A DNA stretch of 54,965 nt, counting the filler, from Basidioascus undulatus (taxonomy: Eukaryota), in the NCBI GenBank assembly GCA_000826855.1. It is 3 parts of 3 records of this genome, joined end to end, with 100 filler letters (N's around TTAATTAATTAA, not from the genome) between each part and the next. Parts side by side here need not be neighbours in the genome. Positions count along the whole stretch, not along the records: positions 36,721 to 54,965 come from JTLS01000477.1; 2 more parts are not named here. One strand, given 5' to 3'. The translations under genes and the position numbers were made by a program. The notes below the pieces were generated by a model. The model did no database searches. It was given only the letters and a program-made list of their open reading frames with translations, and was not told the DNA's origin. Positions 37,028 through 48,347 of this stretch are shown one piece after another; positions within the stretch are counted from its first letter, which is position 1; each line of letters opens with the position of its first letter.

Positions 37028-38080
37028 TCAGAGCAATACCGCAATAGCGCTTCTACCATCCAGGCTACGGACAGCCACTTGTAAGCGGATGAAAGTCCTC
37101 CATATTCCTTTCACTAAGCTCGGGGTATATCCTGCCCCGAAGTATCCTCCACAATCAACAGATACAGCGTGTTCGCCGCCAGCGCGCATATCCAACGGAT
37201 CTGGATGATTAACACCATAGATAATATTATGAGTCAAGTTTGAACTCTCACTTTGACCCTGCCAGAGCGAGCTCGCGGTCGAGACCGGCTGGAACACCAT
37301 CGTCTTCGCGGCTTTGAACTTCTCCCAGCCGGACATCCCTGGAGCGCCGTCGTCCTGACGGTACTCCGGCGGAGACGTCTTCAAGTTCGAGTTCGGGTAA
37401 ACGTGGCCGAAGTTGCTCTAAGTCCGACCCGCTCATCGTCAGTTTAGGTTCTCCTCAGTCCGCACGACCCGCACGACGACAAAGCGAGGCGAAGACGACC
37501 TGTCCTGGCTCTTATCAAACTTTTGCAGCCCCCTTTTGAAGAAGTTCGCGTCGGATCGAGCTGATGTCTGGGGTATACGAGCGGCGCGCTCTCCGGCAGG
37601 ACAACGGTGTCGGCTGCGTCGACGCACGACATCGTCCGGGGCAGGATCCGCTCGAAGAACGGCGTAAGGTCGACTTTGCCGATCCTGCAAAGTGCTAGAA
37701 GTTCAGTTGTCGATTCGGAGGTACCTATGGAGGATGCCGAGCGATCCTCACTTGATCTGATCGTCCTCGTTGCGCGGGTTGAATTTCGCGACGGTTGCGA
37801 TGAGCCCGCGTGGGCAGAACTAGTCGTTCGCTGCCGAAGTAACTTGTCGCCCTGTAGGAACGAGTTGACCGGTGCCCCCGGTTCCTGAGAGATGCCTGCT
37901 TGGAGGAATCTACTGCCAACAGGGTCGATTACGGTCTTTCCATGAAGTCATCCGAGTCGAGAGTCCCGCTGCGTCGGGAATCTCTGAGGTTTATACAGGC
38001 GCGATGTGGATGAGAAAGTTGGACCTGAAACACTCTTCCTTGCATCTGGACAAGGGATTCAAGTTTTTCGGTGCTCATGG
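37028..38080 (-). pseudogene. Decayed gene of unknown family
   Basis: Chain of protein-like ORF fragments in shifting frames (e.g. KVDLTPFFERILPRT, FVVVRVVRTEE, GWEKFKAAKTMVFQ); no domain recognised. Confidence 0.3.
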
Positions 38081-39205
38081 TGATCTTGGGTGTGGTGTGG
38101 GCCGCAGGGTGACTGGAGCGCTGGTTTGCTGAGCAGCTAATCTGTGGTGCTGTTCGACGCTCGAATGCGACGGACGCCATATGTCGAGGACGGGGAAGAC
38201 GTGAAGGCTTTTATAAGCCTTCATAGGAGCTCCAATCCTCATATTCAAACCCTTCTTCCATCACATGTGTTTCTATATTTCTCTTCCTGTGCATCTTGGA
38301 TGCTGCACAGCTGCGTAAGAGGGTCCCGCTGACATCTTCACCGTCCTGCCGTTGAGACTGTTGGAGGTGAGCTGCGCGTCGACGCTGGCGCGTGGAAATG
38401 AGACTGTGAGCGGCAAACCGAGAGACCCAGGACAAAAATGGTGTGAGATGTACATAGCGCCGACACGGCGGCTCAATGGGGAGGCCCACGCGAGTAGATC
38501 GGACACAGAGACGATGCTTTTAGGCTGCCCGATGATCTGGATGACCCAGCCCCACTGAGGTGGGTTTCGTCTGTCTGTCCGCCCGCCTGTGCCTGGTAGC
38601 CCATTTTCCCTCTTTGAGAAGTATCTAAATTATTCATATTGTATACTTCTGTCTAGACAAACAGATCGAACCACAGGGACAGCGGGTGCCGTCGACCTTT
38701 GTGGCGTTTCACAAGCAACTTAACCGTGGCAATCCAATATCAATCCCGCAGTACAATAAGATCAACCAAGAAAAATAAATATCATTCGTACACAATATTT
38801 AAAGATCTTTTATCTCATAACCTTTAAAAGCCTCAACTAGCTCCCAGCGTATTCGTCTGAGAAAGGGGGGGCGTTGCTTTGTCGAAGGTGGGGCTTATCC
38901 AGTGCGCAGAGCGAGGTGAGCCCCGTCGCGTTCTCAACAATACAAGAATCAAGAAAAGGAATAGCCACTGTCAGAATTAAGGGATGTTTGGGCAAGCTCG
39001 AGGCTTCGGCGCTTTCTTACTGCCACGACCACTGGATGTCAGACACATCTCGCTTTTGCCCCAAGACAAAATTATTCATTCCGGAATTTCTTTTTGTTCT
39101 CACTGGTCGAATTTCAGCAGCAGTCTGCGCCAGGATTGCGGTGATCTGCTTTGGCTGCACCGCCCCGGAAAGTCTCAGGACAGACCTCGGAAACTAGGCT
39201 GGCGA

Positions 39206-39213
39206 TTACGTAA
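39206..39213. promoter_or_regulatory. Candidate Yap1/Pap1-type (AP-1-like bZIP) response element
   Basis: Palindrome TTACGTAA 65 nt upstream of the thioredoxin ATG. This octamer is the known Pap1-type site and thioredoxin genes are classic Yap1/Pap1 targets; a single 8-mer can occur by chance. Confidence 0.4.
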
Positions 39214-39277
39214 GATGGGTCCGGCTATCACCCGCTGCCCATGCTACACACCTTCCTCCCATTCACCATCATCAACC

Positions 39278-40035
39278 ATGTCAGTCACCGAAATCAGCTC
39301 TCTTTCCCAGCTCAACAGCATCCTCTCCGGCGCGCCCGCCTCAAAGGTGCACGTTATCGACTTCAGTACGCCCCTTCTCAGCGCCATCCGCCCCCTCCCT
39401 TTCCCGGCTGCCCTCCGCAAGCTGACCTGTATCTTCACGAGCAGACGCGACGTGGTGTGGGCCCTGTCATGCAATCGCTCCCCGCTACACGGCGCTCGCG
39501 CAGACGTACAAGCAGGCGGTGTTCCTCAAGTGCGATGTCGACAAGGTGCAGGACGTCGCGGCGAAGTATGGCGTGAGGGCGATGCCGACGTTCAAGTTGT
39601 GCGTGGCGCCTCCCGCAGCTGTTCGCATGGCTTGGACATCGGATATCTAACGTTGTGCGGGGATGGTAGCATCAAGGGCGGGAATGTGGTGGACACTGTA
39701 CAGGGGGCGAATCCCCAAGGGTGCGTCCTTCCCATCCTCTGATCTCCCTCGCAGCGCTCGTGCAACCTTAAACCCATGTTCCTTTCTCTTTCTCCAGGCT
39801 CGAGAACACCCTTCGCAAGCACGCCGGCCCTCCCGGCTCCTTATCCGGGGACGGCCACAACTGGGGCCGGGGTCAGACGCTGGGCGGGGAGGACAAGTCG
39901 AGCACGCCGGTGCCGGCACCGGGCGTGGCGGGCGCGGACGCGGGGGCAGGAGGAGGGCCCACGGACTTTACGAGGCAGGTGCAGATTGGGATGGCGCTCT
40001 TGTTGGGCTATGCGGTGTTGTGGTGGTTCATGTGA
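39278..40035 (+). CDS. Thioredoxin (WCGPC) with C-terminal extension carrying an SHP-box-like motif and a hydrophobic tail anchor, 4 exons
   Basis: [16 protein letters not shown]...[17 protein letters not shown]...[75 protein letters not shown]...[20 protein letters not shown]. Confidence 0.93.
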
Positions 40036-40320
40036 GGGAGAGCGGGGAGCCTGGCGAGCGGGCTGGACGGCTGAGGTCGTGATGAGATAGAACTCTGAGA
40101 TGCATTAGTTTTGAGAAATCATGTCGTAGCTCCAGAGAGCTGTTCGAGCTGGCTGGATAGGATCATTGTAAGGAAATCCCTGCGCTGCTTGTCAGCTGTC
40201 TCTAGGCCTTCACGACACCGCATCGCCCTCCGCATGCAACGCTGCGCACTCCAACTGAGTCAAGAACAATTCCATTCATTAATATTATTAAATCTGAAAG
40301 GTTTTTTGTCCTTTTATATC

Positions 40321-41646
40321 TCAAGCGTCGCCAAGCGCCTTCTTGAAGAAGGCCGTGAGGCGCTTGTACACGTCCTCGTAGAGCTCCTTCACCTCGGGGT
40401 CGGACAAGTCGCCGCGGGCGGCCGAGAAGCCGTGGATGGCCTTCGGGTGGGTGTAGTGGTGGTAGGCTGCAGGAGACAAACATCGTAAGGAATGTCCCTG
40501 TGAACAGAGGAGTGAAGGCAGCGACGCACCGTTCACGTCCTTGAACTTGTTCGACGAGAGGATCTCGATGACCTTCTTGACCGCCGCCTCGGGCTCGTCC
40601 TTCGACGGGAAGAACCCAGCAGGGACTTGGAGCTTCTCGGCGTCCTGCTCGGGGAGTCTGGCGTAAGTACAGAGGCGGGGTGCGTTGGCTGTGGGCGGGA
40701 CGTACGGCCGGGTCGAGCATAGCCGGCTAAATGCAATCAACAGTTGGGACACCATTATTAGAATGTTCTCGGAATAGAGGGTCATGGATGTAGACTCTTA
40801 CGTGGATGGCGGCCACCGCATCGAACACGTCGGCGTTCGAGCCGGCAAGCTGTCGATGGAGTTTCCGTGGTTAGCCTTTGTGTCTCGCATTGAAAATATC
40901 AGACATGGAGCACGGACCAAGTTGACCTTGCCACCCCAGCACCAACCTTAGACATGGGAGAGTTAGTACAATCGTGTTCGTTTCCTTCATGTGGTACACG
41001 GACTCACCGACAGAACCGACCTTCACCGCGCCCTCCGAGCGGGCCTGCTGGGCGACCTGAATGAGTTCAGGGAGCCTAGATCAACCCATTCCCAATTCAT
41101 GAACGTCCCACTATCAGCTCCGTTCATTCCAGCCCGCTCTCTTGTGCACGTCGGGGGGAGGGGAGCCGAGGGGGGATGGACGCACCGCTTCGAGATGTCC
41201 GCGATGCCGCCGAAGAAGTCGGCGAGCTTCTTCTTCTGCTCGGCGTTCGAGGGCGGGAACTCGTTGAGGGGATAGGGCTTGCCGCGGAAGAAGTCGGGCA
41301 GGATCACGCGGTAGCCCTTGGAGGCGATGATGTCCGCGGCCTGGGGGATATGTCAAGGCGCAGCTCCCAGCGCAACCATTATACCCACTGGGTAGACGTA
41401 CCTGGAGCGTTTGCGGGAAGTACCCGAAGATGTCGAAGACGCCGGTCTACCACATCCCCATATTAGTTCGTCTCTGACCAGGGCGCAGGATGTGCGAGGA
41501 GGGAAAAGAAGACGCACGATGGCGACCTTCGCATCCTTTGGGCCCGTGATGTACGCCTTCTCAAAGCCCGCGTACGGGGCGTACGTGCCCTTGGGGTCGT
41601 ACTGGCCTGTAGTAACAGGCGGGATGCTGCAGCAGGCGGAGGACAT
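40321..41646 (-). CDS. Dienelactone hydrolase family protein (alpha/beta hydrolase)
   Basis: MSSACCSIPPV...FDIFGYFPQTLQ...VILPDFFRGKP; nucleophile elbow VG|WCWGGK (GxCxGG); AAIHP; FFPSKDEP (Asp); IHGFSAARGDL (His). Confidence 0.93.
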
Positions 41647-42251
41647 TCTGGGAGTGGTCTGGGTAGCGAGGAAGCGCTATCATCGGACGAAGACGTCAGC
41701 GAGGATTTTCCCTCACCTCGCTATCCACACCTCAACAATCCGAATACTTACTGTGAATCGGGGAGCACTGGTTGTAGCAGTGGTGATGGTGCGGATGCAA
41801 TTGGTGCGGAGGAGAGGGGTGAAGGGGAGGGTGAGAGGCATTGGTGGATCCGGGGTCTTTGGGGGCAGCGACGGGGGACTTCGACGTGTTTCCTCCTCGC
41901 CGGGCTGCCGATTGTATACGCAACTTAATAGAAGCGATTGCGGTGGAAATGCGGGAGCAACGTTGTGTTCTGAGCGCAATAATATGACATCATTTCGGCG
42001 TATGTTGATTGACATTCGGCTCTCGCACACTCGAAGGCGGCAAACAATTCATTGATGGGGCCCTTGCTTCACGTTGTCTACCAGAGAATTTCCTAGATAA
42101 TTTCAAGCTTCTTGTTGGCTTCAAGTAAACGAAATTGACCTAGAGGTTGAATTGCAACTGTGAGCTGTGAGACTGCCTTCTTGGGCTCACCAACGAGGTT
42201 CAACTCTTTCGGATTAAATAATCCCACTGTGCTCCAAGGAGGCCTTAAATT

Positions 42252-44227
42252 TTACAGAAATACTAGCAACGGGACCGAGACGAAGCCTGCCAGCATGACT
42301 GTCAATTCGCCAGGTGGCGCACTGAGATGAATAGAACTTACGCCCGATGGTGAACGTCATCTGCGAAAGACTTAGCAGCAGCGATCCTTGGGAATCGGAC
42401 GTCTCCGCCCCCTTCTGCTCGGTGAAAAAGCTGTTTGTGAAGTGGGTGAATCGAGCGGCCTTGCCTTAGCGATGTCATCAAGAGACGCACTTGACGGCGA
42501 GACTAGCCACGCCGACCTGGGCTCCCGTGTAGCAGAACTGCGTGAGGAACCCAAAGAGAAGCTTGTACTGCCGGAAAAAGTTGGCCCAGTTGACTTTGTC
42601 GTCCTCGCCCTGCGGAAGCTCTTCTTTGATCTCGGGCAGGTAGGCGAAGCGGAAGAGGATGATGAGCACAACCGCCTTGTTTCCCTTCATTAGTTCATAT
42701 AACACTGCTGATAAGGACAACAAGGGGAGTCTCACGAAGAGCGAAACCGCCCTGTAGAGTCATGTAGTCATGTCAGCGCGAGTCGGTTGAGGTGAAGCGG
42801 CTCAATGTGTGCAGAGCTCACAAGTACACCCATTGGACCGTGGCTGTTATCCAAGCAGCGTCAGGGTAAACCCTTGAATAGAGAGTCCCTGAACACATAC
42901 AAAGGTCTTTAGAAAACTCAGAATGGAAGAAGCTGTGTGGAAGTTGTCAGCTTTTGCGAACGATCCACATGGAATTGCTCACTATTTGCTGCCAATAGCC
43001 GGCGCAGAAACGGTGCCTACCCCGTCCAACAATTAGTATTTCGAGAATATTGGCAAGGTTCGACACTTACCAACTCCGTTGAAACTGACAATGTCAAGAG
43101 CAAGAGACATTGAGCTTGGGTATCTTCAGCACCGGATTGAGAGACAGACTCACCCTTGAGCCAGTGTCACTCGCAATGCGCTGTACTTTGGATTGCCAAG
43201 AACCGTGACGTAGGCTATTGAGTTGAGTGTCATCAGGTAATTACAATGGTCGACAGAACGTGAATTGCTTACAATTGGCCGCGACCTCGAGGCAGGACAG
43301 TCCGCAGCCAGTCACTGTTCAGCCGTATGAGCTTCTGCTGCTCTTTCATTAGACTCCCGCTGAATAGCATACCAAATGTGCATGCGACAAATCCTGCATA
43401 CTGTTATTTTCAACTTAGGAAATGCCAGGCATGGAAAGTGGCCGATCGTACCGAGCGCTCACCGTTTCATTTACCGCACAAGGCCAGAACATTACCGCCC
43501 CCAGGGCGTAGAGTGAGAGCCTGGAATGGGTGTCAGTACCTCTTATTACATAGTTAACCTGGGGTTGTCTCACCCCAAGTAAATACCACCTGCCAAGCCC
43601 AGCGGCGAGTCAGTCAGGCGCATGGGACTTTAAAAGGGAAAGGTGGCTTACGCTTGTAGCCGAAGCGCTTCATAAACAAAGCGGCACATGGGGAGAAGAA
43701 CAAGTACGCTCCAAAATAGGCTGAGACCAAAACGCATTTCCCCGTTATAGTCAGTGCAACACCAAAAAGAAAAGGAAGCTACTTACCAACCTGGAGGAAA
43801 GTCGACTCCGTCCTGGTGATCCCAAAGACGTTCTATTGGAGCCCGAGACTTAGCACGTTCTGTTGATTAAAATAAACTAACAGGGTAGTTACCTGAAAGT
43901 GTTTGTTCATGGTGTCAATAAGGCCATAAGAAACTGTCAGTCCAGCGTGAAGTTAGCGCGCACGTCTTCGGCAGGAAAAGACGCTTCTTGGGACTTACAA
44001 CCCCATAGGAAGAAGAGCTGTGACCAGTGTCAAATCAGGTTTTGTGTAACCTCCCGGAACTCGAGGACACATACCGATGTGGCGAGCGAGAAAGCTGTAG
44101 CAGAGGCTGGTTAGCCGTCTGCACATTGCACAATCCGGTTGAGGTCCTCACCGATGAGGAAGTGTTTGCGGGACAGTTCAGCCCCTGTGAGGGAAACCTC
44201 TGCAACTGGTCCGGCTCCTCTAGCCAT
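42252..44227 (-). pseudogene. MFS L-fucose/glucose-galactose permease (FucP-like), apparently 3'-truncated
   Basis: MARGAGPV...LFFLWG..SYGLIDTMNKHFQ...LQVAYFGAY...GCGLSCLEVAANSYVTVLG...LAQGFNGVG...FCYTGAQVGVAS...MTFTIGRFVSVPLLVFL*. The sequence ends around TM8 and no exons for the last helices are visible before the next gene. Confidence 0.75.
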
Positions 44228-45358
44228 GATGCGCGTGCGTAAGAGTGGTGGATATCGAATGGGAAGTAAGAGGGCAAGGTCATGAACGTCGCTGGAACTG
44301 AAGGCTTGATAGTGGAAACGAAAAACGGAATCTCATCGTCCGCGGTACCGCCCAGCGTTTCGGACCGCCTATCTTCGGACTCCGAGCAGAATCACAAAGG
44401 TCATCTGCAGACGGATGCACAACAGAACTGTCTTTATCTTATCACATGACCGAGCTCCCGACAGCGGGACTGCAGCACAAAGCACCCTTGGTGCAGCGTC
44501 GGTCGCATTGGTGTTCCGATTCCGGCGTAAAGTCAACCCGAATTTTTTCCGAGCTTCGAGGAGACTGCTCTGATACGGTGGTAAACATACGCAGTGCAGA
44601 TTCTCGGTGAAGTCGCAAAGCTGGAGGCTCGCAGTCAGTCGTCTTCCCTTGGTCGATATTTCGCGAGTCGAGGCACAGCACCAAAACATGTAAGGACGGT
44701 GGAAGCCGTTGCACGAATACAAAGATGTGAACCGCACACAGAACAAGAGTTTGTCAAGCTTTCATCTCCCGATTCCGTTTTGCAGCGACTCAGAGCTAGA
44801 TCCACCTGAAGATATTTCTTACTATGAGAGGTTGCCTGCGGCATTCCCAGTTTGCTGCGGTCATGCCGGTGAGGAGACACCACTCACTTGGCAGCTGCTG
44901 TTGCGTTTCATGGTTGTCAACAGCGAAAAATTTCGTGAGGTTTCATGGTGGCTCAGAGGATATCAAATGCATTTCTGCTACTTGCTAGTACGGGTACGAC
45001 CTACGAGTGGGGTTGCGTGCGAGAATGGGGTGTCATGACGTGGGGGTTGAGTGTGCGAGAGATGTGAAAACACTACAGAAGGCGGAAAGAAAAAAGAAGA
45101 ATGTCCGAAACGACGCATCCCTCCTTGAAGCACCGAAGCAATTGAATCGAGAATGTGGAAATGTATAAACGTGATCGCGTAACCAAAGGAAACCGGGGAG
45201 GTTGAATGGGGAGATGAAGGGGGGAAGGAAAATGAAAGAAGGAAAGAAAGCGTCGACAACAATGCAAGCAAGCTGCGGGTCCTCCTGATCATGAAATCCT
45301 GGTCCTCAAATCCCAAGCTCCATCACCACTGCGTCCGGCCAATTGTCAACCGTCGCTC

Positions 45359-47335
45359 TCAACCAACCAATAGAGACGAGGAGGGAGACGGCGCACTGCG
45401 TTCCTGAGCAGCCTTGACCTCCTCATCCTCCTCCTCCTCACGCAGCGCAAATGGATCGAACCGCTTCCCTCCATACCCCTTCATGCTCGGAGGAAGCGCC
45501 GGGAAGCTTCGGGGCGTGACCCCCTCGTCGAGGCCGACGACGGGCAAGTGCAGCGCCGGCGCCTGCGGCGGGGAGGGGATCATACCGGGGTGCACGCCCC
45601 ACTGCTCGGGCGGCATCGCCCAGCGGCTGCCTCCCACCGTGCTCGGGGCGGTGGGGCTGCTGCTCGCGCTCCGCACGCCGACCATCGAAGTCTGCGGAGC
45701 AGAGCCGCGCCGAGCCCAGCAGCCCTCGCCCGACACGACGTAGACCTGGAGGCCCTCGGCGCGGGCGCGGGCGATCGCGTCGAGGCAGAGGGCGTGGCGC
45801 GTCGAGAGCCGGGTCGGCGGACGAGGACCGCCGCGAAGCGCACAGCACGGACCGTTCTTGCAGGCCTTGCGCTCGGCCCAGTTCTATCCGACGACACCAC
45901 GTCAGTTGCAACGAGATGGGACTTGGCGGGTGGGGACTCACGGTGAGTCCGCAGTCGGCGCAGATCCAGTCGCCGAACTGGCAAGGAGAGTTCAGTGTCC
46001 GGGGAGAAGTCTTGAATGAACCGAAACGCAAACCTTCCAAAAGTAGTCCACTTTACTGTTCAGCCAGAGGGCGAAAGTCAGCGGAGAGTTGTAGATCTGT
46101 CCGAGAGCGGCCAACGTACACGTCGCTCCGTCCGATAGATGCAAGATGGTTCTGCGCATTCGTCACTGCCGGTTAGAATACGCCTCTCCAAATGTGGGAA
46201 AGGAAGGCGCACGATAAGAAGAGGACTCGTCTGGTGCTCCCCGCCGTCGGGCAGCGGGAGCCGCAGCGTCGAAGGCGTGACGCCCGGAGGAATCTGGAAG
46301 GGGCGAAGAACGGGGGTGAGCAAAACGGACGCAACCACCCGGTCAGGAAAGCTCCCTCAGACACCTCGCAGTATACCGGCAAGTAAGCAATCAACGAGTA
46401 GTCGCGCCCGACGCCTGGCAGTGCGAGCATGTCCACCCCCATGTCGTCTTGCACCGCGAAGCAGCCGAAAGACGGACCGAGCCATTGCACGAGCACCAGG
46501 ATCTTGCGGCGTCCGGCGGCGGGACCCATGGGCGGAGCGAAGGGCGGTACGAAGGTGGGGAAGAGCGGCTGGGGCGGAGTGTGCGTGAAAGCAGCGGGCG
46601 GCGAGGAGGAGAGCTGCTGTGGGCCGGCCGCGCGAGGCGAGCTGTAGGGCGAGCGGGGCTTCCGGCACCTGACAGAAAATAGGAAATAAATATGCGTTAG
46701 GCGCGAATGGGGTTTGGAGGGCGGAGGAGGGCAACAAGCCTAGAGCGGGCAGACGTACTTGGCGCAGAAAGGCTGCGAGCTGAAGTTGTGGTTGCGGCAG
46801 TCGCAGACCCAACCCTTCTCCCGGACAGGCGAAGCAGGGAGGGACGTGAACGTCGCCTGAGGAAACAAGCTGGTCGGTGAGGAAGACTGTCCGAAGGGAC
46901 AAGCAGCTCAGTAACGTTTGGAATGGTTGGGGGAAGGACGACACGGCCCGCACGTATGAGCCGCTGCTGAGACTAGAAAGGAGTATTCGCTCAGCAATGA
47001 TGCACCTGGGGAAGAATGGTGGAAATGATAAACTCACGATGTCGACCTGGACCTCCTGGCGCTCGTCTGAGGGGTGGGTCCCTTCGCCTTCCCGACGAAG
47101 CTCTGGCTCTCCTGCACGGCGCACACTGCAATGAGCACGGACACGCCACGTCAGGAAGCGGAAAGCTCACGTTCAGCGCCCTCTTGAGCACCTCCTCGAG
47201 ATATCCCTGCTCCACCCTCCCGAGCCTGGCCCTCTGCCCTGAGCTGACCTGCGACCCGCCGTCCACCGACGCGCTGGCGGAGAAGGAGCTGGCTGTCGAG
47301 CGTTCGTCGTCGCTGCTGTTGTTCTGCGTGTCCAT
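45359..47335 (-). CDS. RanBP2-type zinc-finger protein (two fingers), probable RNA-binding protein
   Basis: ATG 47335 (MDTQNNSSDD). Finger 1 KGWVCDCRNHNFSSQPFCAK|CRKPR; finger 2 FGDWICADCGLT|NWAERKACKNGPC. Multi-exon; middle domain unassigned. Confidence 0.75.
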
Positions 47336-48347
47336 TGGAGGATGCGGTTCAAAATGTCCAGACGGTCCAAGGGGAGAATGGGGGAGGATTTGGGCTGGAG
47401 AAGGGCGTGGTCGAGTGGCAAGAGAGCGAGCCGCGGGCGGCGGCGGAAGGGGTGGCAGGCAACGAGGAAGAAGGCACCGCGTGGCCGCGACTCCCTGCGC
47501 TTGAGCCGAAGACTCAACGGCAACCTTGCGCAAGATGACTACGCCCGAATAAGCCAAGAAATTCGAGAATATATACATGTGTACGGGTCATAAGTGGACT
47601 TCGTACACCAGAACGTGAGCACATTTGGGGGTGTGCAAGGCATTGCAAGCACACGGCGGTGCTGTGTCTCGTGATTTTAATATGTGAAAGGGCCTCCCAG
47701 CTGATAGGGGCGGGCACACAGATTGAAACCTGTTTAGAGGAATATCTTTCAACTGCCGGTCGATATGAACGTAAATGTTTATTGTAAAGAAGGAGTAATG
47801 GAAGATCTTCGAAGAAACGTGCAGCGGCACTGACTGTCTTCCGCCTGCCTCCGACGATCCCGACAACAGTCTTTTCGGTTGCGCACTGCAAGAGCAAGTG
47901 GCCTTTGTTCACTCGATAAGGCAGACAGCAAAAGACAGTACAGCACTTCCGTCGGCATGAGACTCAAGATAAAGTGCGCAGAACCCACCGCAAACGATTG
48001 CGTGCAAATTTTCCAAATCGAGACGTAGAATCTACAATATTGAAACTGCGACTTGGCAGTTGCACGAAAAGCTATTTACGACGACCGCGTTCCCCGTTCA
48101 AACACCTAAGAATGAGCTGTTGGGCGTCTTTCATCAGATAGCACTTTTCAGCATGTCGCATTTCATATTGTCAAACCGTGGACTACAGTCGATGGAACCG
48201 GTCGTAGTGAGATTTTATTTTGATGTCCCTTTAAGACGACCACTTGACCGGATCTACAGTGGGCTGCCAAACAGCCAGCTTGAGCACGACCAACTTCCTG
48301 TGCCTCGAAATGCAAGTGTATTGCAGATGGCATTTCCGACACATTGT

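Noticed and set aside
30450..44227. Fucose cluster (O-fucosyltransferase plus FucP-like permease)
   Set aside because: The genes are separated by an artificial linker, the permease is truncated, and family names do not establish the substrate.
44035..44283. ORF MTLPSYF as the start of the permease
   Set aside because: The frame that splices into AFSLATS|LFFLWG starts at the ATG at 44227 (MARGAGPV).
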